Assembly (NCBI RefSeq): GCF_009914755.1
Contig: NC_060925.1
DNA length: 64,000 bases
Source of the DNA: the human T2T-CHM13v2.0 reference genome, Homo sapiens
Reading direction: 5' to 3' (one strand)
Shown piece after piece: positions 31,101 to 45,999 of this stretch (positions within the stretch are counted from its first letter, which is position 1; the number at the start of each line of letters is the position of its first letter). Position numbers and translations under genes: made by a program. The notes beneath the pieces are model-generated. The model saw only the letters and a list, made by a program, of their open reading frames with translations. It made no database searches and had not been told where the DNA came from.

Positions 31101-31932
31101 AAAAAGCAAGTGTTGAGCAATGTGTATACTATGATCTGGTTTTAAAGAATTTACATAGGTGTATAAGTATGCATACATTTAAATGAAAAAGAAGGAAGGT
31201 GGGTGTAGAAGGGTTCAAATCATCCATTTGTTATAACAATATTAGCAAAATGGGTTATATGAATGTAATGCAAAAATGAGGAAGATGGTTGGGATTGGGA
31301 GATGTTAATTTTTTTAAAGCATATTGTTTCAGTGTTTCAAAGTCAAAGCCACTGCATATGCAACTCCAATATGCCAATTTCAATGTTTATCAGGTGAATA
31401 TCCCTTTGAGGAAAAATCCACAAAATTAAATGTGAATAATGCATCTTGAAGTTGTATTTATAGTGGCTCCGGTTACAATAAATAGGAATTATTTTTGTAA
31501 AATAGAAATACATAATTTAAAATTTCAAATGAGAATAAAAAGCCTATACATTGAAACTCCCTATTTTGCAGTGACAAGTTTTTTGTTCTAGCAAAATTCT
31601 TAGCCTCTCAATATGTGACAGTAAGCCCTCAGAATGTCAACTTGCCTGCCCGTTCAGAAATAACTGAAGATGGCTGTTCTAACGCGGACATACATTTCTT
31701 TCTCTCTCTCTTAATTCTCTGTTCCTATAATTTGAGGTCCTTGACAAGCACTAAAGTGAATCTCCTCTTTTGTAAATACTGCCCAGGCTTACATCTGAGG
31801 AAACTAATAATATTTGATATCGTACAGAGGTCAGAGTTTGGTTACAGGAGAGAAAGCTTTAGTCTTAGTCACACTAGGAGTTCTGACCTCTCAGCCTGGT
31901 ATATGGGTCCTGAAAGACCAATCTGGGGTTTA

Positions 31933-34017
<2,085 letters not shown>

Positions 34018-34199
34018 GACTTGAGGCCCATTTATTCAAGTTAAACTAACCACTTGCCTTTTCTTCTCTAAGAATTTTTGAACAATTAAGAACCAACACA
34101 AAAAGTAAATTGGGTAACTGTTTAATTAGTCACAGTATAGGGTCCCACAAAAAATCTTTCTTGGAGAACAAGGCTTTGCCTGAGATCATAATGGGGTGA

Positions 34200-34805
34200 G
34201 GTAAGCAGGATGTTAAGGTGGCCCCCCCAAGATTTCCACCTCTTGTTGTACAGTCCCTATGTAATGTCTTTCCCTTGAAAGTGGGTAGAACCTATAAATA
34301 TGATGATGCATCACTTCCATGACTGTGTAACATTATATGGCATAAGGGAGACTATCCTGGGTAGGCCTGACCTAGCCAGCAGAACACTTAGAAGAGAGAG
34401 ACTTTCTTTTACTGTCCTTAGAGGAAGAAGTCAGAGAAATTTCCTGCTGGCCAGGAAGAAAACAAACAGCTATTCTGTGAAGTGCTGATGGAGAGGGGCA
34501 GCCTCTGGTAGCTGAAGGTGGTTCCTGGTCAACAGCTACCAAGAAAATAGAAACATGGGTCCTATAATCATAAGGAACTGAGGCCTGCCAACAACTGCTG
34601 AGCTTGGAAGAGGACCTAGGAGCCCAGAAAGAATCAAAGAGTGAGTGACATGATTTCAGCCTTATCAGATCCTGAGCAGAGGACCAAGTAAACTTGTATC
34701 TGGACTCCTGGGCCGTGAGACAGATGAGATAATACATTTATGTTGTTTCAAGCTACTAAGTTTGTTTTGTGATAATTTTCTACAGAGCAATAGAAAACTA
34801 ATACA
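34200..34805 (+). mobile_element. MLT1 (MLT1E-like) solo LTR
   Basis: AAGGTGGCCCCCCCAAGATTTCC start; end GCAATAGAAAACTAATACA. Confidence 0.85.
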
Positions 34806-35059
34806 TGGGATTCCTTCTGTTTTCCCATAAGTTAAATTTAACTTTGAAAAATGGCAAGGAAGTGGGAGCAAGGGGTGCTCCAGTCACGTCATTGAAGTTT
34901 CAAAAGAAAGAGAGAAACAAAGACTCCAGGTCCTGTATTAGCAGCCATCTCTACAAAATGCACCAGCAAGACCTTTCACTTCTACTATCATAAAAAAAAA
35001 AAAAATCAGCAAGGTTGGCAAAGCAGAAGACCACAAGCCAGTTATTTATCTTATTTTAA

Positions 35060-35590
35060 TAAAAGTTTACTCAGGTTCAGTGATTCCGGGGCTGAGATGC
35101 TGCAAATCAGCTTTCCGGACTCTGGATTCCTTTTAAGTTCTGACAAAAAGAGGCACTCGGGAGAGACTGGAAGTTAGGCAGAAAGAAACAGATACTTTCT
35201 TCATATTTCCCTGTTCTTGTTGGTGTTGCTCCAGCAGCAGTTGGTGGCCTCAGCTTCCAGTTTCTGTCTGTGTTCCCTACACCAGCCCTGTGACACTCCC
35301 TTAGAGACACCGTCAGAACAGAACATTACTACCCCCTCAGAAAACTAAACACCAGCTCACAGGCACTTCTATTCCAAAATTCTAGGATCTTGGAACCCAG
35401 TATCTTCCTTTTGGTTCTTTCAGACCTCATTGTGGGAACTCCTGCAGTTATTATCACTGAATACTATAGTGCTCCTTTGTATTTTTTCAGTCTTCCAATA
35501 CCCAAGTAATGAACCTTTGGTATTAAATAATGTCTGCTTAAAATGCCTATTCTAATTTCTCTTTGCCCAACTGAATCTTTGCCAATAGTG
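35060..35590 (+). mobile_element. LTR33-like ERVL LTR
   Basis: GGGCTGAGATGCTGCAAATC...GAGGCACTCGGGAGAGACTGGAAG; ATTAAA near 3' end. Confidence 0.6.
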
Positions 35591-35796
35591 GACTCATATT
35601 ATTTCCTCCTGGTGAGTGAAGTCTAAAGTACTTTCTACCTGAGAAATGGAGTAGCAAATATGTACTTTAATGCACTCTTTAATGCACACCAACATCCAAA
35701 TTTATTAACATTTTACTCCAAGAGGTATCTCTAGTTCAGATGTCACTGTTAAGTCATTGACCAAATTTGAGCCATATATGTGCCTTGCTTTGTAAG

Positions 35797-36195
35797 TGTG
35801 TTAGTCTGTTTTTTTAACCTAGAAAGAAACAGCTGAAGTTGGGTAGTTTACAAAGAGAAGAGATTTAATTGGCTCACAGTTCTGCAGGCTGTACAGGAAT
35901 AGTGCTGGCCTCTGCTTCTAGTGAGGGTCTCAGGAAGCTTCCAAGGCAAAGGAGAAACAGGTATATCACATGGCAAGAGCAGAATGAGAGACAGAGAAGT
36001 GGGAGGACACAGACTCTTTTAAACAACTGGATCTTTTGTGAACTGAGCCAGAACTCACAGAAGGGATGGTGCTAAATCATTTAGGAGGCATCATCCCCAT
36101 GATCCAAGCATCTCCCACCAGACCCCACCTCCAATACTGGGAATCACATTTCAACATGAGACTTGGAGGAGACAGACAGACATCCAAACCATATT
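35797..36195 (-). mobile_element. MST (MSTB-like) MaLR LTR
   Basis: TTTAATTGGCTCACAGTTCTGCAGGCTGTACAGGAA...CATCCAAACCATAT. Confidence 0.88.
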
Positions 36196-37789
36196 GGCAA
36201 GCATTATTGATTTAAAAAATATTCCAAGTAGAATCTTGTCATATGGGCTACATGATCTTCAATTTGTGTAATTGATAACTATCCGTATTGTCTTAATATT
36301 GTGCCTGTTTCATTATTTAAATTTGCTTTCACATTGCATCTAAGCCCAGTCCAATGCTTGTTTTAAATGAAATTGTCCCTATAGAAACATTTGCATATAT
36401 ATTTATTTCCTCAATTGTTTGTTTATTCGTGTTATTATATATTGATTAGATATAGTGATTGTGGGTGGGTATTTCTATCTTTATAGAAAAGATAGGTGGG
36501 TATTTCTATCCTCATTCTGAAGATGAAGGCCCCAAATTCAATGTTATTAAATATGTTACTGAAGCACGTAGGAAATTTCTTCTTGCAATACAACTGAGGA
36601 GCTATTTTTAAGCCATCAGCAGTGCATTTTCTGCTTTCAAAATGTTTTTTGAAAACATTATATTTAAACCTCAGAAGAGCTCTATGAACTTCCTTTTACA
36701 GAAATGTAAAAAATGTAAGAGTCCTGATAAATATGCCATTACTATCATATTTGGTACTAAAATTGGGAAAATAATTCTAATAATTGAACCAATGATTTTC
36801 TAATTACATCATATGACCCATAAGTGACTTTAAGTGAGATTTAAATTGCTAATGAAAAATTAAAATCATTCATAGACATGGCTTGACTAAAAGATTACTC
36901 TCCAAGACCAAGATTATCATCCAAGATACTGAAAATTAATTATGCCCTAAGACATGGCTGCTTTTCTTAAACCTAGGACACTGGCATCACTTCTGAAATC
37001 TCTCCGAAAGATACCAAACTCGATGGAAAAACAAATACTGATGATATTGAGAAAAGGTACAGGATATTGAGAAAAAGAAATTAGAGAGGATGTAGGAAAG
37101 GTATTACCATGGAAACATCACTAGCAATAATAAAAATCACTTTGGGGGGGCATTAGTTTGAAGAAAAACACTAATAATCATTGAAATAGAGTAATCAAAT
37201 GACATAAGAGCCAGGAAGACAGTAACAAATATGCTGATTCAGGAAAATAAAAAGAACATCATTCAGGTAAAGATGGTTCGCTTGAAGTATCATCATTTGA
37301 GTATTATCAGTGTCTTTGTGGTTTTTTTTTTGTTTTTTACTTATCATTTTGATGAAAAATTAAATTGTGTATGGCTACAAAATAACAGTGCCTTGACATA
37401 TATTTTTTAGTTTGTCATTTATTTTATAGTTCTAATCTTTTTACAATTGTTGTACCAATTTGTTACATCTCTTGGAACTGATAATTCTTCCCATCTACCC
37501 CCACTCTACACATATATGCTGTATTGTTACAAGAAAAAATGATTTTGTATTTGTCATTAACAGCTTGTTTAATTATGACAGAAGTTTTGCCTCTTTGTTG
37601 AAGATTTGCAAGAAAGTGCAGTGAGGCTAATTAAATAGCTATCAGATACTTATCTTCTCTCTCAAGATATTGTGTTGATATTTCACTTTGTTGATTTATG
37701 TTCAGCTTATGAATATCTCCTTATTTCCCACTGTTTCATTAAAAATGTAATTCTAACATTCTGTTGCTTTTGCCAAAACTTTCCCCAAA

Positions 37790-38250
37790 TTTATATCAGT
37801 AACCAGGACTTCTGCAAATACCTCCAATACCTATCCAAAATTTGACACTGTGTTGCCTCCACTGCTATGGCTCTGGTTTAAGCCACCATCATCTTTCCCC
37901 TGGATTATTGCCGCAGTCTCTTAATTGGTCTCTCTGCTCTACCTCTGGACTCTGAGAGTCTGAAACCAGATGGCTCACTTGCTCATCTCTTTCAGGTTTC
38001 TGAACAAATGTCACCTTCTCAAATAAAGTCTACCATGAAAACCCTACTTAAAACTGAATTTCTTTACATCCACTCTGCTCCATTTTCATGTCCTCCCCTC
38101 CCATCTTTATCACTTATTGATTCTAACATATTTCTTATAATTACATTGTCTGTTTGTGATCACTGCTTTTATGAGCCCAGTACCTGGACCAATGTCTGGT
38201 CTATAGAGGATACACAATAATTATTTTTTGTATGTGTGAATGAATGTGTG
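37790..38250 (+). mobile_element. L2 3' fragment
   Basis: AGCCACCATCATCTTTCCCCTGGATTATTGC; TGAATGAATG tail. Confidence 0.7.
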
Positions 38251-38649
38251 AGGTGTATAGGTATACAATGGTGTATAGGACATAATATGCTCATTTAGCA
38301 ATGCAAATCAATTGTATGAAGACTGGAGAGAGACTAAGGACAAAGAATGAAAATGGAAATAGTGCAGGCAAACTCAATCCACCCTTCCACTCAATGAACA
38401 TCTGCCCCAGAATTAACATGCCACAGTATATGAATCTGCTATTTTATATGTTATGTCAGTGGCCTCACAGTGTGAGAATGGTACATGTTGGGTGGGATTA
38501 TTTTGCTATTTAAAATTGGGTATTTTTTATACATATGGACTTCAAATGCAAGACAGCCACCTTATCTGAAGCTTAACCAAAACATGATCTGTTCTAAAGC
38601 TAAAGGGAAAACAGCTGTGCTGAATTTATGTATAAAGAGAAGACACATT

Positions 38650-38763
38650 GGCCAGATGTGGCGGACACATGACTATAGTTTCAGCCCCTCCTGGGGCAGG
38701 AGGATCACTTGGGCCCAGGAGTTTAAGTTTAACCTGGGCAACATAGTGAGACTCCATTTCTGA
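38650..38763 (+). mobile_element. FLAM / Alu monomer
   Basis: GGCAGGAGGATCACTTGGGCCCAGGAGTTTAAG...CCTGGGCAACATAGTGAGAC. Confidence 0.8.
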
Positions 38764-39619
38764 AATGTGTCTAACGTGGTATTTCCTAAGGGGTCTTTAC
38801 CAGCCATCATTTTCACCTTTCAAGTTCACTTTAGAACTTAACCACCAGATAGCTGGGACTTCAGTGTAATCAACGAGGTTTTTTTTTTTAATAATTGAGA
38901 TGACAAATGGTATCAGGAGCAAACATAAAGTGTGTAATAAGAGCATACCTTCCCCAAACCATACGTGTTTCCTATACGGCATTCTTATTGAATATATTTT
39001 GTACTCATGGGGTCCCTGCATTTGCATATCCTTTCCTGCTGCCAGGAATGCCCTGCTTCTTCCCCACTTGGCGGAACTCCACTTTCCTTTTGAGATTCAT
39101 CCCAAGCACGTTTCTGGAAGAGGACCCTTTGCTGAACTTCCCATCTCCTTCAGCTGTTTTTCAGTTCTCCAGTCATCTCTTTGAGTATGCACTAGATGTT
39201 GATTTTATGTGTTTACCTGCTTGTCCCCACTGGTCTTTTGCAAATTTCTTTATGCTTGAAATTTTTGTATTATCTGTGCATTGATTTGTTTAGCAATATC
39301 CTCTGGTCCAGCATAGTGACTGCTATGTATTAGGTACTCAAATAATGTTTGATAAATAATGAGGACTAAGAAACCGAGACATATGCCTAGCTCTGACTTA
39401 ACTCTGACCTAACTTCCCAATGGCTTACCAAGGTGACTCTTTAGAACAGAGAGCACATTTTACCCTGTTTACTTGTGAGGATTACTGTATGAGCTGGAAA
39501 ATGAGATAATGCAGAGAAATTTACTGAAAGAGAGTAAATTAAATGCAAGGTATTCTTATTATCATAGCTTCTAAGGCATGTGCAAAACAGAGACTGGTGA
39601 GTGCTTTCTTAATGATCCT

Positions 39620-39735
39620 TGTCTTTTCTCGTCCCCTTCTCTCTCCCTCTTCTCCATCTCTCCTTCCTCCCTTCATTTCTTCCTTTCCTCCAACCTCCCT
39701 TTCATTCCTCCCTTTTTCTCCCTCTTTTTCTTCCT
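39620..39735. repeat. CT-rich low-complexity tract
   Basis: Direct reading. Confidence 0.8.
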
Positions 39736-42331
39736 TAGGATTGAGTTCCTAAATATAAAGTCCTCTAGGAAATTAATCACCTGTCTAGTGCAAATTTTTG
39801 AGGCACACTTTCCAACCCCATCTTACTCCATTGGCCCCAACTTATTCCTCTTACCTTCTAGTAAACTTATGTCTTGAGATCTAGTTTGGATTTGTTTTTC
39901 TCTGATTAACAGTTAAGTCAGAAACTATGACTTTTTCTCAGAGCACTGAGAGTGGGCACTAGGATACAAGAGTGTATGTATAATATATCATTATTATTCT
40001 TTAAAAAACTTTAACTTGAAATGAATTGTTTAAAAGCATATGCATTCTTTACGTATATAAAGAATTTCCTAAAATAGTGCTCAGCAGGAGAACAAGAAGT
40101 TTGGATTTTATCATTCTCCTGGGATTTAATCTCTTAGCAAAAAGTTACATTTGCTATGCTAAATCTGGATTTTAAAAAGTCAATAAAATCTAGGAGAAAC
40201 TCAGACATCATGATGATAAATTGTGATTTTATAGTGGAGTCCATATCACCATATGTATTTTACTTTTTGTAATATAAGTGACATATAATAAAATATTATT
40301 TTATATTCCGTATTTTACCTGTGTTGTATTCCTCTATTATACAACTTGGCTGGTCATTGTATAAAGACAACTTGGCCTGGTCATTGTATAAATGCCTCTC
40401 TCTGTCACTTGACTTTCTCTCCCTTTTAAAAACAAGACATTCTAGAGGTACTTGGCATGCAAATAATCAAATAGGTGCCATATTGCAGCCCTGAGCCAGG
40501 CACATAGAATGGAGCCTATAAGAGGTACATATTTCCTTAAGATAGAATTATACACCCTTTTAGTCTGTCTTTCTTAACAGAGGTAGATTTTTTAAATCTA
40601 GTTCTTAGAAGTTACTGAAAATAGATTATACCACCATCAATGTATAAATTATTACTATTGTTTAGGGGATTGTCTTCTTCCTTAAATAGTACTTACTTCC
40701 TAAAAAGTGTTGAATTTTTAATGGTTATACTCCCAATAGGAATATCTGAAAGAATCTCTGAAAAAAATTGCATACAGGTTTAAGAGTAGTTACTTGAGAA
40801 AAGCAAATTGATGGTGGAAGATTAAGAATTAGCAAAAAAAAAAAAAAAAAAAAAAAAAAATCAGCCTTTTTTTGTGCAGCTGAAAGACATTGCCTGGCAT
40901 TTTACCTCAGAGTTCACAGGTATCTCTTGGTGACTTTTGAGAGACCACCATTGTGATTTACTGTCACATATATGGAAAAAAGAAGCAATGGGTCAAATGA
41001 AAAATGTGTATTGTATCTTTTTATTATTATTTACTAATAATGCTGACTTTTTGCATTAGTTAGATTCTTTCAGGTAAAACTTGTAGTTTCTCTAAGTGAT
41101 GAGGGGCCAGGTAGGTCAGGAAGCATAGAAAACTCTGTGCAGTCCTTGTCAAGAACTTAAAAATTGCTCAGAAGTGCATTTAAAAGTGTGAAATTCCTAT
41201 CCAACTACTCCATCTCAGCTTATCCTGTCCTTTACTCTCCTATAGAGTCTACTTATTTATACTTGTACTACTTAGGAGGCTTTAGCTTTTCTGCATATCT
41301 GTCTACCATCCGTGTCCCTCTTTGCTCATGTGTCTCATTTCATTAATTTATTTAATAACTTTTAAATCACTTATTTGACAAATGATGAATGGTAGGCACT
41401 TAGATAGTTCTGGTATTGAATTCAAATGCCCCAAAATATGATCTTCATGAATCAATTCATTTACTACTAAAATGTTAGACTTTTTTTTTCCTGCCCTCTT
41501 TACAGGCCTAGGGATCAATTGGTTGGCTATTTTTAGCTCATTTATCAAAGCCTTGACCATCAGTTATGACCAAGCTGATATGATCAAATGAAACAGGGCT
41601 TCTCCATGACGGTGGTTCTGTGTCATGGTGGAATCTGGGGAAAATCCTGCAGTAGCTAAGTTATCACTATGCTTCCATTTTAACACCCCATAATGATTTC
41701 CATTCTTCCCAATTGCTTAAAATCTATAACACATTAAAAAAAAAGAGTTCTTCAATAATCAAAACAAAACTGAAAGCAAACTTCATGGTTGAGGCAGCTA
41801 CTTTAGCAATTTATTCCTCTTCTCTTAAAGGAGCTTTATTAAGAGCCTTTTAAAAGCTGTTATGAAGGAGTGTTTATTTCTTGTTCAGACTGTTTTTTGA
41901 ATTTGTAACTTCATAGGCACCCTATTATATCTTATCTACAACTAAAAATCTTGGAACAAGTGAGATAAATCTTCAGTTGCCCTTTCAAACTAATTCTTTC
42001 AGTTCTATAACTTTTTTTTTTTTTTGCAAATATCCATGCCCTCTTAGATTGTGGGAAATGTCTGGTAGAAGAGACACCAGACACCAGACATCCCTTTGCA
42101 GCATGTGGATTTTTATGCCATCAGGCATTTTCTCCTATTGGTCTCAGGAAAAAGAAAAAAAGGTGTTTGGGGTCCTGAACAAGATAGAAGGCAAAGGGCA
42201 GTGCCAGCTGTATTATTATGGTTTTATCCTCTATTTTCATGTTCCCCTACCATCTTAAATGTGATTTCAGTGTAGGATGAAATTGCATTTATGATTGTAC
42301 TGATTTGGTTTTTAATTGTCATTAATATGGG

Positions 42332-42728
42332 TGACATGGTTTGGATCTGTGTCCCTACCCAAATCTCAGGTCGAATTTTAATCCTCATTGTTGAGGTGGG
42401 GCCTGGTAGGAGATGACTGGATCATGGGGAGAGATTTCCCCCTTTGGTGCTGTTCCTGTGATAGAGTTATCATGATATCTGGTTGTTTATAAGTGTGTAG
42501 CACCTCTCCCCTCTCTCTTCCTCCTGCTCTGGCCATATGGGACGTCTCACTCCCGCTTTGCTTTCCACCATGATTGCATGTCATCTGAGGCCTCCCCAGA
42601 AGCTCAGCAGATGCCAGCATCATGCTTCCCATGCAGCCTGTGGAACCATGAGCCAATTAAACCACTTCTCTTTATAAATTACCCAGTCTCAGGTATTTCT
42701 TCATAGCAGTGCGAGAATCAACTAATAT
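42332..42728 (+). mobile_element. MSTA-like MaLR LTR
   Basis: TGACATGGTTTGGATCTGTGTCCC...TATAAATTACCCAGTCTCAGGTATTTC. Confidence 0.9.
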
Positions 42729-43624
42729 GGTGGATTTAATTAAAAATAACATGATATGCATGCAAAACAGGTTGTCCTTTTCAGGGAATTAAATTGCTTT
42801 TGTTCCTTACCATACATGAGGTTGCTCTGCTTTGAAGGAGCTGTAGACATAGGAGACATTCAGAAAGTCATAGGCTCCTCTTCAGAACATTTCTATATGT
42901 GGTTAACAGTTTAAACAGAACTTTTGTGTGCATCTTTGATCCTCTTATTAATGAAGTTAATAATTAGAACTTACATTTTCTCTGTTTTGTAAAATAAGAC
43001 ATTGAAAAATTGATGTGGGCAAAGCCATACAGCCTTTGTTTGACTTGAATGACAGCAATTTGTGGACAAAAACTTATTTATCTTGGTCACCCCCATGCCT
43101 AACACACCCTATATCCTGGCACATAGTTGATGTGCAATTAATGGTTGATGAATACATAAATGAATAAAGATGTAAATGCAATTAGAACCTAGGCTTCTAG
43201 TCTTCTGCTCATTTCATTTTATTAAAGGACCTTTAAATTGAAAAATATTTTGAGATCCCATACCCCTGCCATTGGAAATTACTACAGTTACTGCAGAAAG
43301 ACACCCCTGGGGGATATATAATACAGGAACACAATGACATCAAGCTTAAAATTGCCTGATTGCTAAATATTGTGCATAGATTACATGTTCTAATTTTATT
43401 ATTATTCTTCATGAAAAAACATGTTCCTCCTCCATAAACATTTCTATCTCTGTGGCTTAAATTAAATTTAGTTTTAACCTCAATACTTTCTCTTACTGAA
43501 TACTCACGTTCTAGCTCATTTATACTTATGTCTAGATATCAAGAGATCACACAGATTCAACCTGGACATCTTGCCCTAATTAGACAGATAAAACAAGACA
43601 CATTTATTAGTTGGTCAGTGTAAT

Positions 43625-43781
43625 TATTTTCATTTTATTTTATGTTTTATTTTTAAATTTTTTCTAGAGACAGGGTCTCACTATGTCACTCAGGCTGGTC
43701 TTGAACCCTGGCCTTAGTGTTTCTCTTGCTCCAGCCTCCCAAAGTGTTGGGATTACAGGAGTGAGCCACCATACCCAGCCC
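43625..43781 (-). mobile_element. FLAM_C
   Basis: Antisense left monomer with T-rich tail. Confidence 0.85.
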
Positions 43782-44614
43782 TATTTTTTATTTTAAAATA
43801 TCAACAAAAATATATAAAGTGCTAAGGAAATGTGATATATGTGCTATACACATTTCCATGGAAACACAGTAAGCTAAGACCTACAAATTTGAGACCAATG
43901 TTATTTTGGGTCATGTATAACTGAACAACCATCTCTACTGCCAATCAGAATGACAGCTGAAATTCATGAGCTTGATCTGGGGAAAAGAGAAATCTCAAAA
44001 GGCGATTTAAGTAAAGGTAGAGTAGAGGAGAAAATGAAATTTGCAGAAACTAGGTGTTGCTGTCCATTATGGTTGCTAAAATTACTACTGGGTCCTCAGA
44101 GAAGTGACTGAAATAGTGCTCATGTGCTGGCTAATAACTTGAAAGGATGTAAGTTGAGATTAAAAAGGGAAAATTTAAAGTCCCTATGACAAATATGTGT
44201 GAACTGGGTGGTACATTTTCTCATCTAGAAACAAACAAACAAACAAACAAAAACTTAAATAGAAACTTTAATAGAAAACGGTAAACTTTTGGAAAATTGG
44301 TCTTTCTGTCAAACTTCATAGTATGATTTAGGTGGGAGTTTTTCTTGCCTCAGGGAGTGAGAGGGCTATTGGGCTTAACTAATGAGATTTCATATAAATA
44401 GATGAATTCAAAAGAGAAAAATTGCTCTAATATTTTTACTCTTTTTAATGGTTAGAGATCAAGGAAATTACCTATCTATGTATCCCTGTTCCTAAGTGTG
44501 GTATTTTTTTTTAAAAAAGATTTAGACACTAGTAAAAGACTACAAATCCAAAGAAATGTATACATTTCTGCAACACAGTGCCTGGCACCCCATAGTTGAT
44601 GTATGTTGGCGTGA

Positions 44615-45034
<420 letters not shown>

Positions 45035-45049
45035 TAATGTATTACTGGT

Positions 45050-45910
45050 TTTTAGGTTTAACACTTATTAAATAACATTTCGGACGTTAAAAATGATGTA
45101 AAGAATACTATATCAAGTATCCACGTACTTGTCACTCAGTTCAAGAAGATACCTTGTCAACACAGTTAAATCTCCTTTCCAAACCTTTCCTGCATATGAG
45201 CTGGATCTCTTCTATAAGTAACATTATCCTAAAGTTATTATTTAGCACTCTCATGAATTTTGTTACAGATATATATATATATTTCCCTAAGTATTAAACA
45301 GTGTTGTTTTGAATACTTAAATCTTTATATAATTGGTTTTAGTATTTCATTTCATTTTTTCATTTTACATTGTTTGTGAGATTTATATATATTCATTTAT
45401 GTTCCCCATGGTATGAATATACCAACATTTATTTCTTTATTCTCTTGCTAATAGATATTTAAATAATTTTCTTTTTAAAAAAAAACAAACAATGCTATTT
45501 TATACATTCTCCCAAGTGGTTGTCCCAATTCCCAGATCCACCAGCAGCAGTGTATAAACATTCGTGATGCTTCCTTTCTTTGCCAACACTTGATATTAAA
45601 CAACTTTAAAAATGTTTGCCAACTCAATTATTATAAAATGATATTTCATTGTGATTTTAATTTATATTTATTATTTTCCTAATTGCTAGTAAAATGGAGT
45701 ATGATTTCATATGTTTATTGGCCTCTCCTGTGAATTTCCTGTGCATCATGTTTGTTACTGTTTTTAGTTTAAAAAATATATTGTAGTTGTGTGAACTATA
45801 TATTGTACTGAAACATAAAAAATATATATTTTTCAACCTTCAAGATCTCTTTCCACTTTTGTGTTGTGTTTTAATGAAAATACTTTCACATTTTAATGCA
45901 GTCAACATAT
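45050..45910 (-). mobile_element. L1ME-type 3' fragment
   Basis: CCAAGTGGTTGTCCCAATT...CCACCAGCAG; TTTCATTGTGATTTTAATTT. Confidence 0.7.
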
Positions 45911-45999
45911 AAATAAATTCATGGCCCAGATTCTCATTACTATTAGATGCCGTACATCCTACTGAGACCTGCAATCTGCTGAATCTGTAATCTTTTTAC

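Noticed and set aside
40833-40860. Isolated poly(A) run as a retrocopy tail
   Set aside because: No recognisable upstream body or TSD.
41977-42258. GKGQCQLYYYGF, loosely like the RFX GTRGQSKYHYYG motif
   Set aside because: Opposite strand to the candidate relic and isolated; shows how easily chance matches arise.
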